This document shows positions 1 through 8,528 of a DNA stretch of 64,000 bases, one piece after another. Below the pieces are notes generated by a model. That model ran no database searches. It saw only the letters and a program-made list of their open reading frames with translations, and was not told the origin of the DNA. Numbering within the stretch: position 1 is the first letter of the stretch; the number at the start of each line of letters is the position of its first letter. Position numbers and translations under genes: made by a program. Where the stretch lies: sequence record OQ603353.1; one strand, written 5' to 3'.

Positions 1-1151
1 TCCTCTTCCTCATCCTTCTTGGACTTCTTGCCAGCAGCCTTCTTGCCACCCTTGGCCGGCTTCTCTTCTTCCTCCTCGTCTTCCTCGTCCTCTTCCTCAG
101 CGTTCATCAGCTCCGCGATCTGCTCCTTGATTTCGTCGATCTGCGCTTGCAGCGACTCCAGAGACAGTTCCGACTTCTTGCCCTTACCCTTGGCAGCGGC
201 CTTCGGCGCAGCCTTGGCAGCCTTCTTGCCACCCTTGGCCGGCTTCTCTTCTTCCTCTTCCTCTTCCTCTTCCTCTTCTTCGTCTTCTTCCTCTTCTTCG
301 TCTTCTTCTTCCTCTTCCTCGTCTTCGTACTCTTCGTCTTCGTCGTCACCCTTCACCGACTTCTTGCCACCCTTGGCCGGCTTCTTGGCAGCGGCCTTCT
401 TGCCACCCTTGGCCGGCTTCTCTTCCTCGGCGTCACCGCCAAAGGTGTAGATGCCCTCGTCGGCCAGATAGGTCAGGAAGCCCTTGAGGCCATCCTTGCT
501 GTTGATCGGATCCAGCGTCGGCAGCAGCTTGGCGATGGCAGCACCGTTGCTGTGCTTCTTCACGTCAATGTCGCCGTCCTCGTAGATTTCCGAGGCCCAC
601 TTGTTATGAGCGACAGCGATGGCCTTGGCCTGCTTGTCGGTCAGCTTCTTGGCTTCCTTCTGGATGTCCGCGATTTGCAGGCCATTGAAGACGGCGCGGC
701 CAGCAGCGGCCTTGGTGTCCTTCTTGGCAGCGGCCTTGGCCGGAGCGGACTTGCCCTTACCCTTCGCAGCCGGCTTACCCTTGCCGCCCTTACCCTTGGC
801 CGGAGCCTTGGCGCTCGACTTCTTGCTCACGACCTTGGCCGTCTTCTTGGTGGTGGCCTTGGCGTCCTTCTTCGGAGCAGCCTTGGCTGCGGTCTTCTTG
901 GCGACCGGCTTCTTCGCAGCAGCCTTGGTGGTCTTGGCGGCAGCCTTCTTGGCCGGAGCAGCCTTGGTGGTCTTGGCAGCAGCCTTCTTCACGGCCGGCT
1001 TCTTGGCGGCAGCCTTCGGCGCAGCCTTGGTCTTGGTGGCCGGAGCCTTCTTCGCAGCGGTCTTCTTCACGGTGGTCTTTTCCGATTTGCCCTTGGCAGC
1101 AGCCTTGGTCTTGGTGGCGGCGGTCTTGGTGGTCTTCTTGGTGGTAGCCAT
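1..1151 (-). CDS. Histone H1-like / AlgP-like Lys-Ala-rich protein with acidic tracts (runs off the window edge)
   Basis: Not in the ORF track because there is no stop in the window. ATG at 1151 with AAGGA upstream. Reads MATTKKTTKTAATKTKAAAK..., then a central folded-looking segment (AGRAVFNGLQIADIQKEAKK...GFLTYLADEGIYTF), repeated EKPAKGGKKAA units, poly-E/D tracts and a heptad LSLESLQAQIDEIKEQIAELM. Confidence 0.85.
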   Translation of the reverse strand, partial: MATTKKTTKTAATKTKAAAKGKSEKTTVKKTAAKKAPATKTKAAPKAAAKKPAVKKAAAKTTKAAPAKKAAAKTTKAAAKKPVAKKTAAKAAPKKDAKATTKKTAKVVSKKSSAKAPAKGKGGKGKPAAKGKGKSAPAKAAAKKDTKAAAGRAVFNGLQIADIQKEAKKLTDKQAKAIAVAHNKWASEIYEDGDIDVKKHSNGAAIAKLLPTLDPINSKDGLKGFLTYLADEGIYTFGGDAEEEKPAKGGKKAAAKKPAKGGKKSVKGDDEDEEYEDEEEEEEDEEEEEDEEEEEEEEEEEEKPAKGGKKAAKAAPKAAAKGKGKKSELSLESLQAQIDEIKEQIAELMNAEEEDEEDEEEEEKPAKGGKKAAGKKSKKDEEE

Positions 1152-1211
1152 GTGAAACAGTTTCCTTATAAGGATGAATGGTTGGGTAGTACGTACATGG
1201 TTGGCCGTTCG

Positions 1212-1276
1212 GCGAACTCGTCCATGCCCGAATTCGCTAAAGTGTGCAGCGCCGTCCGGCCTAGCTCGCCGCTGCA
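1212..1276 (-). promoter_or_regulatory. Two-hairpin 5' leader of the H1-like gene
   Basis: Stems UGCAGCG/CGCUGCA (1245-1276) and GCGAAUUCG/CGAGUUCGC (1212-1237); the second loop is GGCAUGGA. Confidence 0.5.
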
Positions 1277-1283
1277 TATCCCT

Positions 1284-1292
1284 TATTTACAG
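1284..1292 (-). promoter_or_regulatory. CTGTAAATA phage promoter-like motif
   Basis: One of 7 identical 9-mers, all upstream of gene starts; resembles the T4-type late promoter TATAAATA. Confidence 0.6.
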
Positions 1293-1294
1293 GA

Positions 1295-1564
1295 TTACTC
1301 GCCAGCGTACTTTCGCTGGAACAGGTACGCTTCAACGTCGCCGATGGTCACCCACTTCTCAGCGTCCTCATCCGACACTTCGATCTGGAAGGTTTCCTCC
1401 AGTTCCATCAGCAGTTCGATCAAGTCGAGCGAATCTGCCCCGAGGTCAGAGACAAGGCTGGCGGTGGGGAGAACCTCTTCCGGCTTGACGCCGAGGAACT
1501 CCACTACCGCGTCGGTCACCCGCTTATGCAGGGTGGGGTAAAGGGGACTTTGTTCGATGCTCAT
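1295..1564 (-). CDS. acpP: Acyl carrier protein
   Basis: 89 aa, acidic, with the LGADSLDLIELLMELEETF phosphopantetheine-attachment motif. Confidence 0.92.
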   Translation of the reverse strand: MSIEQSPLYPTLHKRVTDAVVEFLGVKPEEVLPTASLVSDLGADSLDLIELLMELEETFQIEVSDEDAEKWVTIGDVEAYLFQRKYAGE

Positions 1565-1589
1565 AAGTACCGTCCTGTGGATGTGTCAG

Positions 1590-1598
1590 TATTTACAG
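1590..1598 (-). promoter_or_regulatory. CTGTAAATA phage promoter-like motif
   Basis: 26 nt upstream of the ACP start. Confidence 0.6.
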
Positions 1599-1640
1599 TA
1601 TTGAGGTGGCCGGAGCCACCTCAAGTTGCCCCAAGTGGGG

Positions 1641-2621
1641 TCAGTCGTCCAAGCTCTCGAAGAGATCCGCGAGGTTGGCTCGGCTGACCACCCGGACCAG
1701 CTGGTCCTGCTGGATGAGGGCGTTAGTGAACACCGGATTGCCTTGGCGATTGCGGCGCACTTCGTACATGATCTTGAAGTTGTCCCACCGGACTGCCCTG
1801 CCTTGCGTCTTGATGCCCCGGTCAGCCTCGATCACAAGGGCTCGCGTGTTGGCACTGCTGTCCGTCCACTTGACCTCCACCACGCAGCCCGGTTGCACGT
1901 CTACAAACTTGACCCCGATCGGATAGCCCCCGTTGACCTTCACGTTGTTCATCTTGAAGGCCGTGTTGGAGTGGTGCACAATGTAGTCAGCGTTGAAGTG
2001 CTTGGTCCGGGGCTTGCGTACCTCAAAGTGGTCCGGGTCATCAAGCATGAAGCCAACCACGTCTGCCGCAATGTAGGCAGTGACGTAATCCACGTCAGGA
2101 GCCGACTCGTCCAGTGTGCCAACTTGGTGGCAGATGACGCCTCCGATCCGAACCTCGCGGCGCGAATCAAGGATGACGGCAAAGGAACCGTCGCCTTGAA
2201 GGAGGGTGAACGCGTCCCGCAGGCGACGGATGACCGGCGTGGTGTCATGAAGCATTTCCTTGCCACTCCGCTTCCACTCCTTGATGAACTTCTCCGAAGG
2301 GGTCAGCGGAGCCTTGGGCAGCTTGGCGACCGTGGCCGATTGGGTCGGCATCTGCTCCGGGTGCAGGGTAAAGACGACGAGGAACGCGTAGTTGGAGGCG
2401 ATCACTTCGACCGCCTTGACCTTCTCCTTGCGACGGCGCATGACGCGCAGGACCGTCTTACGCACTGCCGCCTTATCCGTGATGGTGTGGGGGAAGAAGA
2501 TCCGAATCTCATTCTGCTTGTGCAGGGTGGTCTGTCGGACGCCCTTCAACGGCAGGTGGAAAGCCTCGCACAGGTCGGACTTGATGAAGGTGTGATTGAA
2601 GCCGGTGATTGCGTTGCTCAT
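1641..2621 (-). CDS. Hypothetical early protein (326 aa)
   Basis: Long ORF with GAAGGA RBS before ATG 2621; first gene after a sigma70-type promoter. No family recognised. Confidence 0.75.
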   Translation of the reverse strand: MSNAITGFNHTFIKSDLCEAFHLPLKGVRQTTLHKQNEIRIFFPHTITDKAAVRKTVLRVMRRRKEKVKAVEVIASNYAFLVVFTLHPEQMPTQSATVAKLPKAPLTPSEKFIKEWKRSGKEMLHDTTPVIRRLRDAFTLLQGDGSFAVILDSRREVRIGGVICHQVGTLDESAPDVDYVTAYIAADVVGFMLDDPDHFEVRKPRTKHFNADYIVHHSNTAFKMNNVKVNGGYPIGVKFVDVQPGCVVEVKWTDSSANTRALVIEADRGIKTQGRAVRWDNFKIMYEVRRNRQGNPVFTNALIQQDQLVRVVSRANLADLFESLDD

Positions 2622-2658
2622 GTGTGATCCTTCATTGGTCGGAGTGTTCCGGGAAATT

Positions 2659-2805
2659 TGCCAAGTGTGCTTGGCGAATCTGGCGTAGCGTGCAGGCACA
2701 GGGCATGACTCTACACCACTATCATACACCACCCCTAGCCGGGTGTCAAACCACCCCTGTCAGCCGTTCAGGTTCCGTTCAGGTTCGATTTGGGCACACT
2801 TGGCA
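2659..2805 (-). repeat. Early-promoter cassette copy 1 (inverted arms, GTTCAG iterations, leader)
   Basis: Shares CCACCCCTG, GCCGTTCAGGTTC and the GTGCCTG...CCAAGCACACTT leader with the copies at 17.3, 26.8 and 60.9 kb. Confidence 0.7.
2721..2749 (-). promoter_or_regulatory. Sigma70-type promoter
   Basis: TTGACA-17 bp-TATGAT on the minus strand. Confidence 0.85.
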
Positions 2806-2812
2806 GAATCTC

Positions 2813-3244
2813 TTATTCCGCAATCTCCATTTCTAGGCGTTCCTGCCACGTCTTCGGGCGGAGGGTCAGGGAGTGTGACCAGTGGCCTAGCCTCATTCGT
2901 GCCACCTCGTTAGCACCACACCCGTAAGGCACAGGCAGCGAGTTGACCCATTGGTGGAATCCCTGGGACGACTTGGCTGACTTGCCTGCCAGCTGCCTTG
3001 CCGTGAGATTGATTCCGGCGTTGAATGGCAGTGGGCAAATCCGGGTGCGATTGATGTGGTCAAGTAGCACAGTCGCAGGCATTGTCTCAACGCAATTCTG
3101 GCATGGTCGGAATCCTGTACCCACGAACTCTTCTGGAATCTGCTCCGTTTCGCACCAGCCCTCCATGCGACTGAATGCACGCACGCAGCAACTCGGATAG
3201 CCAAACCACAAGCCAAACAGAACGTACTGAGTAGACAATTCCAT
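2813..3244 (-). CDS. Conserved Cys-containing phage hypothetical protein
   Basis: GLWFGYPSCCVRAF and GTGFRPCQNC motifs, recalled from a common phage hypothetical family. Confidence 0.7.
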   Translation of the reverse strand: MELSTQYVLFGLWFGYPSCCVRAFSRMEGWCETEQIPEEFVGTGFRPCQNCVETMPATVLLDHINRTRICPLPFNAGINLTARQLAGKSAKSSQGFHQWVNSLPVPYGCGANEVARMRLGHWSHSLTLRPKTWQERLEMEIAE

Positions 3245-3267
3245 TTCGGTTCCCCTAGGTAGTGGCC

Positions 3268-4776
3268 TCAGATTGAGGCCACCATTGTATCAATGTCAGC
3301 CACGATCTTGTCGGCTGGCTTCTTGAGCCACTTATCCAGCTGAGTCAGGAATGCCTTCGTCTCCTTGATCTTCTCCACAAGCTTCTCGGCTTCCAGAGCC
3401 TTCAAGCTGCGAATCTGACGACTCAGGATCGTGTCCACCTGCTCGGCCGTGATCTTGAGGCCCTTCATCAACACCTCTTCGGTGTTCTTCGCTTTCAGCG
3501 CCTTGACGATCAAGTCGATGTTCTTGCATGCCAGCAGCATCAGTTCCTGCAACGCCAACTGCTCTTGCGTCTTGCCCTTCCGATAATTCAGGGCCTTGAC
3601 CTCAAGGTCGATGCGCCACTTGGTCCACTTCTTGAAGAAGTCCAGCACGCTGGTCTGCAACAGTTCAGCTGACGGCGTTTCGGTCTCGTAGTCGAAGCTC
3701 TTTTCGATGGCGTTGATTCGGAAGCTGCATCGCTTGGAGAAGTGCTTCTCGATCACTTCAAGCGCCTTGGCCTCAACCATCCGAACACCAATGTCCTGCT
3801 TGAGAACCACTTGAATCAGGAAGGGGTCTTTCCGACTCGTCTCATCCGTACAGGACTTGACACGATCATCCTCAGCGACTCGCCCGATCAGCTTCTCCAC
3901 GTCAGTCTGCGGAGGAATGGACGTGATGTTGATCGTCCTATTCTTGGCGTCGATGGTGTAGTCCGAAGTGACGATGGCACGGCCAGCACCAGTGGACAGC
4001 AGCTGGCGCCACTCCTTCCGGATTTCCTTCTGCTCGTTGCTGCCCTTGTTCAGGGTGCAGGAAGTGGAGCCATGACGGGCGTAGTTGATCTTGAGCGCCT
4101 TGCTGCAATCCTTCACGTCGATGGGCTGCTTCCGAAGGGCCTTCTTCGTCAGTTCGATGACGCCCTTCATGCCAAAGGCAGGCACCCAACCCGCCGTGCC
4201 CACCGCGATGTTGCCCGAACTACCATTCAACAGCAGGTTCGGCAGCAGCGACGGGAGGATCATTGGCTCTTGATCCTTACCATCATAGTTCGGCACCATG
4301 TCCGAAACTTCAAGGTGGTCGGCCGAGAAGAAGACGTTGTAGCCATACTTACTCAACTTCAACTCGGTGTATCGCATCGCCGCAGCTTCGTCCGTCATCG
4401 AACCAAAGTTGCCTTGGCCGATGAAGTACGGTTCCGAAGCATTCACCATCTGCACCACCGAGCCATAGGCTGCGGTGTCACCGTGCGGATGGTACTTACC
4501 GATCACGTCACCAACCAGTCGCGCAGACTTCTTGGTGCCACCGCTCGGAGCCATGCCCATCTTGTACGCCGCGTAGAGGATACGGCGCTGCACAGGCAGC
4601 AGCCCATCGCGGTAGTCCGGGAAGGCACGATCCTCAATGACCGCACGGCCATAGGTGAACATGCACTCGTCGCCATGGGTGGCCAAGTCAATATCGACTA
4701 CCACGTTGTTGCCCGAAGCCTTGACCTTACCCGACTTCACTTTCTTGCCTTTCACTTTCTTGGCTACCTTAGCCAT
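3268..4776 (-). CDS. gyrA: Type IIA topoisomerase subunit A (GyrA/ParC-like, no C-terminal pinwheel)
   Basis: RAFPDYRDGLLPVQRRIL, KSARLVGDVIGKYHPHGD, AAAMRYTE (catalytic Tyr); 502 aa. Confidence 0.95.
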   Translation of the reverse strand: MAKVAKKVKGKKVKSGKVKASGNNVVVDIDLATHGDECMFTYGRAVIEDRAFPDYRDGLLPVQRRILYAAYKMGMAPSGGTKKSARLVGDVIGKYHPHGDTAAYGSVVQMVNASEPYFIGQGNFGSMTDEAAAMRYTELKLSKYGYNVFFSADHLEVSDMVPNYDGKDQEPMILPSLLPNLLLNGSSGNIAVGTAGWVPAFGMKGVIELTKKALRKQPIDVKDCSKALKINYARHGSTSCTLNKGSNEQKEIRKEWRQLLSTGAGRAIVTSDYTIDAKNRTINITSIPPQTDVEKLIGRVAEDDRVKSCTDETSRKDPFLIQVVLKQDIGVRMVEAKALEVIEKHFSKRCSFRINAIEKSFDYETETPSAELLQTSVLDFFKKWTKWRIDLEVKALNYRKGKTQEQLALQELMLLACKNIDLIVKALKAKNTEEVLMKGLKITAEQVDTILSRQIRSLKALEAEKLVEKIKETKAFLTQLDKWLKKPADKIVADIDTMVASI

Positions 4777-4975
4777 CGTTACGTGCTCCCAAATGGCTCA
4801 TGGCGAGATACCCGAATGGGTATCCCTCCGTCTCGTGATACATGCAAGCCGCGTTGACTCGGAACTCGCTGCCATCAGTGAAGGTCAGTTGGACAGCCTT
4901 TAGCTCGCCGTCCTCCCGAAACTCTTCCGCCTTGGCAATCGTCTTGCCTGCCAGCAGTGCTTGAATGTCCATCAC
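4769..4975 (-). CDS. Small hypothetical protein
   Basis: Fills the gap between the topoisomerase subunits, with overlaps on both sides. Confidence 0.6.
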   Translation of the reverse strand: MMDIQALLAGKTIAKAEEFREDGELKAVQLTFTDGSEFRVNAACMYHETEGYPFGYLAMSHLGARNDG

Positions 4976-6864
4976 GGAATCCCCAGCAGGCGTTTTCTGG
5001 CGGTCACGTCGTCGGCCATCAGCAACGTAAACCGGGAGAGCGACTTTGCATCCTTGAGCGTGATGCGCTTGAGCTTACGGGTGGTGGCATCGAACGCTGC
5101 CTCCCGCAGCATTTCCGGAGCCGCCTCACCCCACCCCTTGAGGTGGTTGACCTTGTTGCGGTCTGCGCCCTTCGGCATCTTGGCCCACAGTTCCTTACGC
5201 GACTTCGCCATGTAATAGGTCTTGGTCTTGGCGTCGTAGTAGGTATACTCGGGGCTGTCCACGGTGTAGATCAGGCCACGCTCGAACACACCCGGCACAT
5301 ACTTGACCAGCAGGGCGATCACAAGCGTTTCGATGTGGCGACCGTCAACGTCCGCGTCGGTCAGCATAATCATCTTGCCAGTACGCAGGTGGTCAAGCGG
5401 ATTCTTCTTGGTCGGATCGAAGCCCAGCGCACGCAGGATGAACAACACTTCGTCACTGTTGAAGGCCGCGTTAATGTCCTTCTGCTTCATGACATTCAAA
5501 ATCTTGCCGCGCAACGGCAGGATTTCCTGATGCGTCTTATCGCGGGCCTTCTTCGCCGTGCCGCCTGCCGAGTCACCTTCCACCAAGAACGTCTCACGCT
5601 TATGCGGAGCGCAGTTGGCGCTGACGAACTTGGCAGGCATGTTGTTGCCCTTCTTCTTGCCCGAGTTCAGCGCAGCGATGGCCTTCTTTGAGGCAGTGAA
5701 CTCCGCCTTAGCCCCACGCACAGCCGCTGCCTTCTCGCACAGCGTCTTGGCCAGAGTCTTGTTTTGTGCGAAGAATTCATCCAGCTTCTTCTGCAACGGC
5801 GTGGGCAGCATGTCGTTGACCCGGCCGTCAACCAGCTGTGCCTTGTCCTGACTGCTGAATCGGGGAGCATCGAGTTTGGCGTTGATGATGCCTACTGCAC
5901 CTTCGAGCACGTCGTCCTTTCGGAAGGACTGCTTGCTGTTGGCGTACTTGACGATGGCATTGTAGAGACACTGTTTCAGAATGTCTACATGCAGACCGCC
6001 ATTCTTGTTGTGGATCGAGTTGGTGTATGCCTCGATGTTGTCGCCTTCGGCATCTGTGAACGCCAGCGCAATCTCAGCAGGGAACCCCTTCTCGGTCAGG
6101 ACGAACGGCTTGCCAGTGACAGTAGCCTTGAGCTTCTTGCACTGCGCACCGAGGAAGTCCTTGACACCATCCTTGAACTTCCACTGCTTCTTCTTGCCAT
6201 CAACGATGAGCGTGACTTCCAGCCCGGCGTTGAGGTAAGCAGCAAGTTCACACCACTGCTCGAAGTAGTCGATCGGAATCTTCGAGCCCTTGTCGAAATA
6301 CTTGAGGTCCGGAATCCAGTGGATCGCCGTGCCCTTCTTGACCTTGACCCCGAACGGCAACTTGGGGGCAGTCGCCTTCTTGACCGGCTTCTTCTCCACG
6401 CCATCGGCGTACTGAGTATGCCACCACACCTTGTCTCGGAAGGTGTGAACCTCAAAGTGCTTCGACAGCGCATTGGTAGCCTTGAGGCCAACGCCGTGCG
6501 TACCACCCGCGTTCTCGTAAGCACCCTTGTCAAACTTTGCGCCTGCATGCAGACGACTGACCAGCGACTTGAGTGCCGACTCCTTGACCTTGCGGCCTTC
6601 GATTTCCAGCGTGTGAGGCTTGACTGGCATACCACCTGCCGAGTCAATGGTCCAGAATTTCCACGCCTTCGTGTCGATCAACAGGGTGACAGAAGCGCCA
6701 CGGCCTGCCTTGAATTCGTCAACGATGTTGTCCAGCGGCTCGCGGCCGATGGTGCCGATACCCGTTGAATCTGTAAGGCCGATATACATACCGGCTTTGG
6801 CCTGAACGGCTTTCAAGCCAATCAGGACTTTTACTTGCTTCTCTGAATAGCTGGCTTTCGCCAC
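4972..6864 (-). CDS. gyrB: Type IIA topoisomerase subunit B (GyrB/ParE-like)
   Basis: GHKL motifs (EPLDNIVDE, GGTHGVG) and TOPRIM motifs (EGDSAGG, PLRGKILN, TDADVDG). Start moved to GTG 6864 with GAGGA RBS. Confidence 0.95.
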   Translation of the reverse strand: MAKASYSEKQVKVLIGLKAVQAKAGMYIGLTDSTGIGTIGREPLDNIVDEFKAGRGASVTLLIDTKAWKFWTIDSAGGMPVKPHTLEIEGRKVKESALKSLVSRLHAGAKFDKGAYENAGGTHGVGLKATNALSKHFEVHTFRDKVWWHTQYADGVEKKPVKKATAPKLPFGVKVKKGTAIHWIPDLKYFDKGSKIPIDYFEQWCELAAYLNAGLEVTLIVDGKKKQWKFKDGVKDFLGAQCKKLKATVTGKPFVLTEKGFPAEIALAFTDAEGDNIEAYTNSIHNKNGGLHVDILKQCLYNAIVKYANSKQSFRKDDVLEGAVGIINAKLDAPRFSSQDKAQLVDGRVNDMLPTPLQKKLDEFFAQNKTLAKTLCEKAAAVRGAKAEFTASKKAIAALNSGKKKGNNMPAKFVSANCAPHKRETFLVEGDSAGGTAKKARDKTHQEILPLRGKILNVMKQKDINAAFNSDEVLFILRALGFDPTKKNPLDHLRTGKMIMLTDADVDGRHIETLVIALLVKYVPGVFERGLIYTVDSPEYTYYDAKTKTYYMAKSRKELWAKMPKGADRNKVNHLKGWGEAAPEMLREAAFDATTRKLKRITLKDAKSLSRFTLLMADDVTARKRLLGIP

Positions 6865-6896
6865 GTCGGTTCCTCTTGGTTGAACGTCATACCCTA

Positions 6897-6905
6897 TATT
6901 TACAG
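6897..6905 (-). promoter_or_regulatory. CTGTAAATA phage promoter-like motif
   Basis: 33 nt upstream of the gyrB start. Confidence 0.6.
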
Positions 6906-6956
6906 GATGCCTCAATGTGCAGAAAGCCCTGCGATTTCTCACAGGGCTCTCCGGTC

Positions 6957-7643
6957 TTACTCCGCTGCGCTCCCCTGCTGGCGACGCAGCCACTCCTGCC
7001 GTTCCACGATTACGGGATGCACCATATCCCCTTCCACAAGTTCGTAGATATGGTACACCCACACCGCGTCGATGGCCTTGCCATCCGAACGGTTCTCCGC
7101 CGTCTCGTCATAGAGATACTCGAACTGCGGTTCACGTGTACCAAGGTACGCGCCCCACTTGTGCCAGCGCCAACCACCATTCGGCTCCTGCTCGTCCCTG
7201 CGCATTTCAACCATGCTGACGCAGAAGTACCGATTCTCCAGAGCGTCGATGATGGGGAACAGTTCAAACAGCTGTTCCGGGGTGTCCACCACACCATAGC
7301 AGTTGAGGTAGCGCCTCTTCGGTTCTCCGTCCTCTCCCACGTTGTCGTAGATGCCTGCGTTGTGCTCAGGGAACTCCGGATAGTCAAGATCGAACTTGCG
7401 CTTGCCGTCCTGCTTGGAGCGGTTGATTTCATGATCGAAGTTGAGGTCGCCCGTGAACACACCCGGCAGCGTTGCGTGCTCGTACACGAATGGGGCACGG
7501 TAGGAACCATCCTCCAGCTTCTGGAACTGATCCAGATGCTCATGGAAACTTTCGTTGTGGGGATTGGCACCGATGGGGTACTGGTCGCGCAGACCCTGCA
7601 ACCATTCGGCGGTATAGGTGATGAGCTTCGGAGTAACGAGCAT
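6957..7643 (-). CDS. Conserved phage hypothetical protein
   Basis: GGWRWHKWGAYLG...PQFEYLYDE motif; AAAGGA RBS before ATG 7643. Confidence 0.75.
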   Translation of the reverse strand: MLVTPKLITYTAEWLQGLRDQYPIGANPHNESFHEHLDQFQKLEDGSYRAPFVYEHATLPGVFTGDLNFDHEINRSKQDGKRKFDLDYPEFPEHNAGIYDNVGEDGEPKRRYLNCYGVVDTPEQLFELFPIIDALENRYFCVSMVEMRRDEQEPNGGWRWHKWGAYLGTREPQFEYLYDETAENRSDGKAIDAVWVYHIYELVEGDMVHPVIVERQEWLRRQQGSAAE

Positions 7644-7653
7644 TTCAATTCCT

Positions 7654-7845
7654 TTATCGTAGTTGTGCAGTGTGCTCAATGCGTTCACGCAGCTTGTCGG
7701 TGTCGAACGTCTGCTCCATCAGCAGCTTGTTGACCCAAAGCTGGTACTCTGTCCGACCGTCTACGTCACGCTTCTTGATGACGTAGTTCTTGCCGTTGTG
7801 CGGCGCCACCTGTTCGGTGACAATCTCCCATGTTACTCCTGCCAT
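7654..7845 (-). CDS. Small hypothetical protein
   Basis: Directly downstream of the E1 gene and overlapping it. Confidence 0.5.
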   Translation of the reverse strand: MAGVTWEIVTEQVAPHNGKNYVIKKRDVDGRTEYQLWVNKLLMEQTFDTDKLRERIEHTAQLR

Positions 7846-8516
7846 GTTACGCTGTGCATTCCCCATTCTTCACCCACGCTTGTCACCACCGTGTTAGGTG
7901 TCGGGCGGCCCATGACGAAATTCATGAACTGCCAGATCATCTGTGACGCGACAATCTGCGCCGTAGCTCCGACACTGAGGGTTGCCCCACAAGCCGCGCG
8001 CTCTACATTGGCGTCGTCGTCATCGAACAGGCCACCAATGTAATTAGTGCGTTGCCATTCCTTGCTGCGATCAAGCAGGAACGAGATTGCATCCCGGGCT
8101 CCCATGCGTCCATCCAGAAACGCACCACCCTCACACGGCAAGTAGTTCTCCGCGAAGGCACGGCGCGATGCCATGTTGTCCACGCATACGAACACGTATG
8201 GAGTGGCCTCAAACCTGGGCTTATTGAGGCGGCGAGGACACGCGCCCACTCGCGTGTCCGAAACTTGACGCAGGCGATCCACCAAGGCAACAGCCTTGTT
8301 CGCCCCCACGTCATCGGGACCGTACAGGCATTGGTTCGGCAGGTTGTGGGATTCCACCACGTCATCATCATAGACAACGAACGGTACACCGATCTTCGAC
8401 AACTGCAACGCTACCGCGCTGCCCAAGGCTCCTGCCCCGACAACCACCGCAGGCGTGCGCTCAGTGGCCTTACTTTTGCTCAGGTCGAAGATACCGGTCA
8501 ATCGAATTTGATCCAT
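7833..8516 (-). CDS. ThiF/MoeB/E1-like adenylyltransferase
   Basis: VVGAGALG nucleotide-binding loop, YDDDVVESHNLPNQ, NKAVAL, VFVCVDN, LDGRMG, and a C-terminal AACG candidate catalytic Cys. Confidence 0.9.
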   Translation of the reverse strand: MDQIRLTGIFDLSKSKATERTPAVVVGAGALGSAVALQLSKIGVPFVVYDDDVVESHNLPNQCLYGPDDVGANKAVALVDRLRQVSDTRVGACPRRLNKPRFEATPYVFVCVDNMASRRAFAENYLPCEGGAFLDGRMGARDAISFLLDRSKEWQRTNYIGGLFDDDDANVERAACGATLSVGATAQIVASQMIWQFMNFVMGRPTPNTVVTSVGEEWGMHSVTWQE

Positions 8517-8528
8517 CGTTAGTGCTCC

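Noticed and set aside
19-1541. Long plus-strand ORFs (19-450 poly-Ser, 147-1541, 619-1155) and similar plus-strand ORFs throughout the window
   Set aside because: They are antisense shadows of GC3-biased minus-strand genes. The poly-S/F/L/A content is the reverse complement of poly-E/K/A codons, and they have no RBS or motifs.
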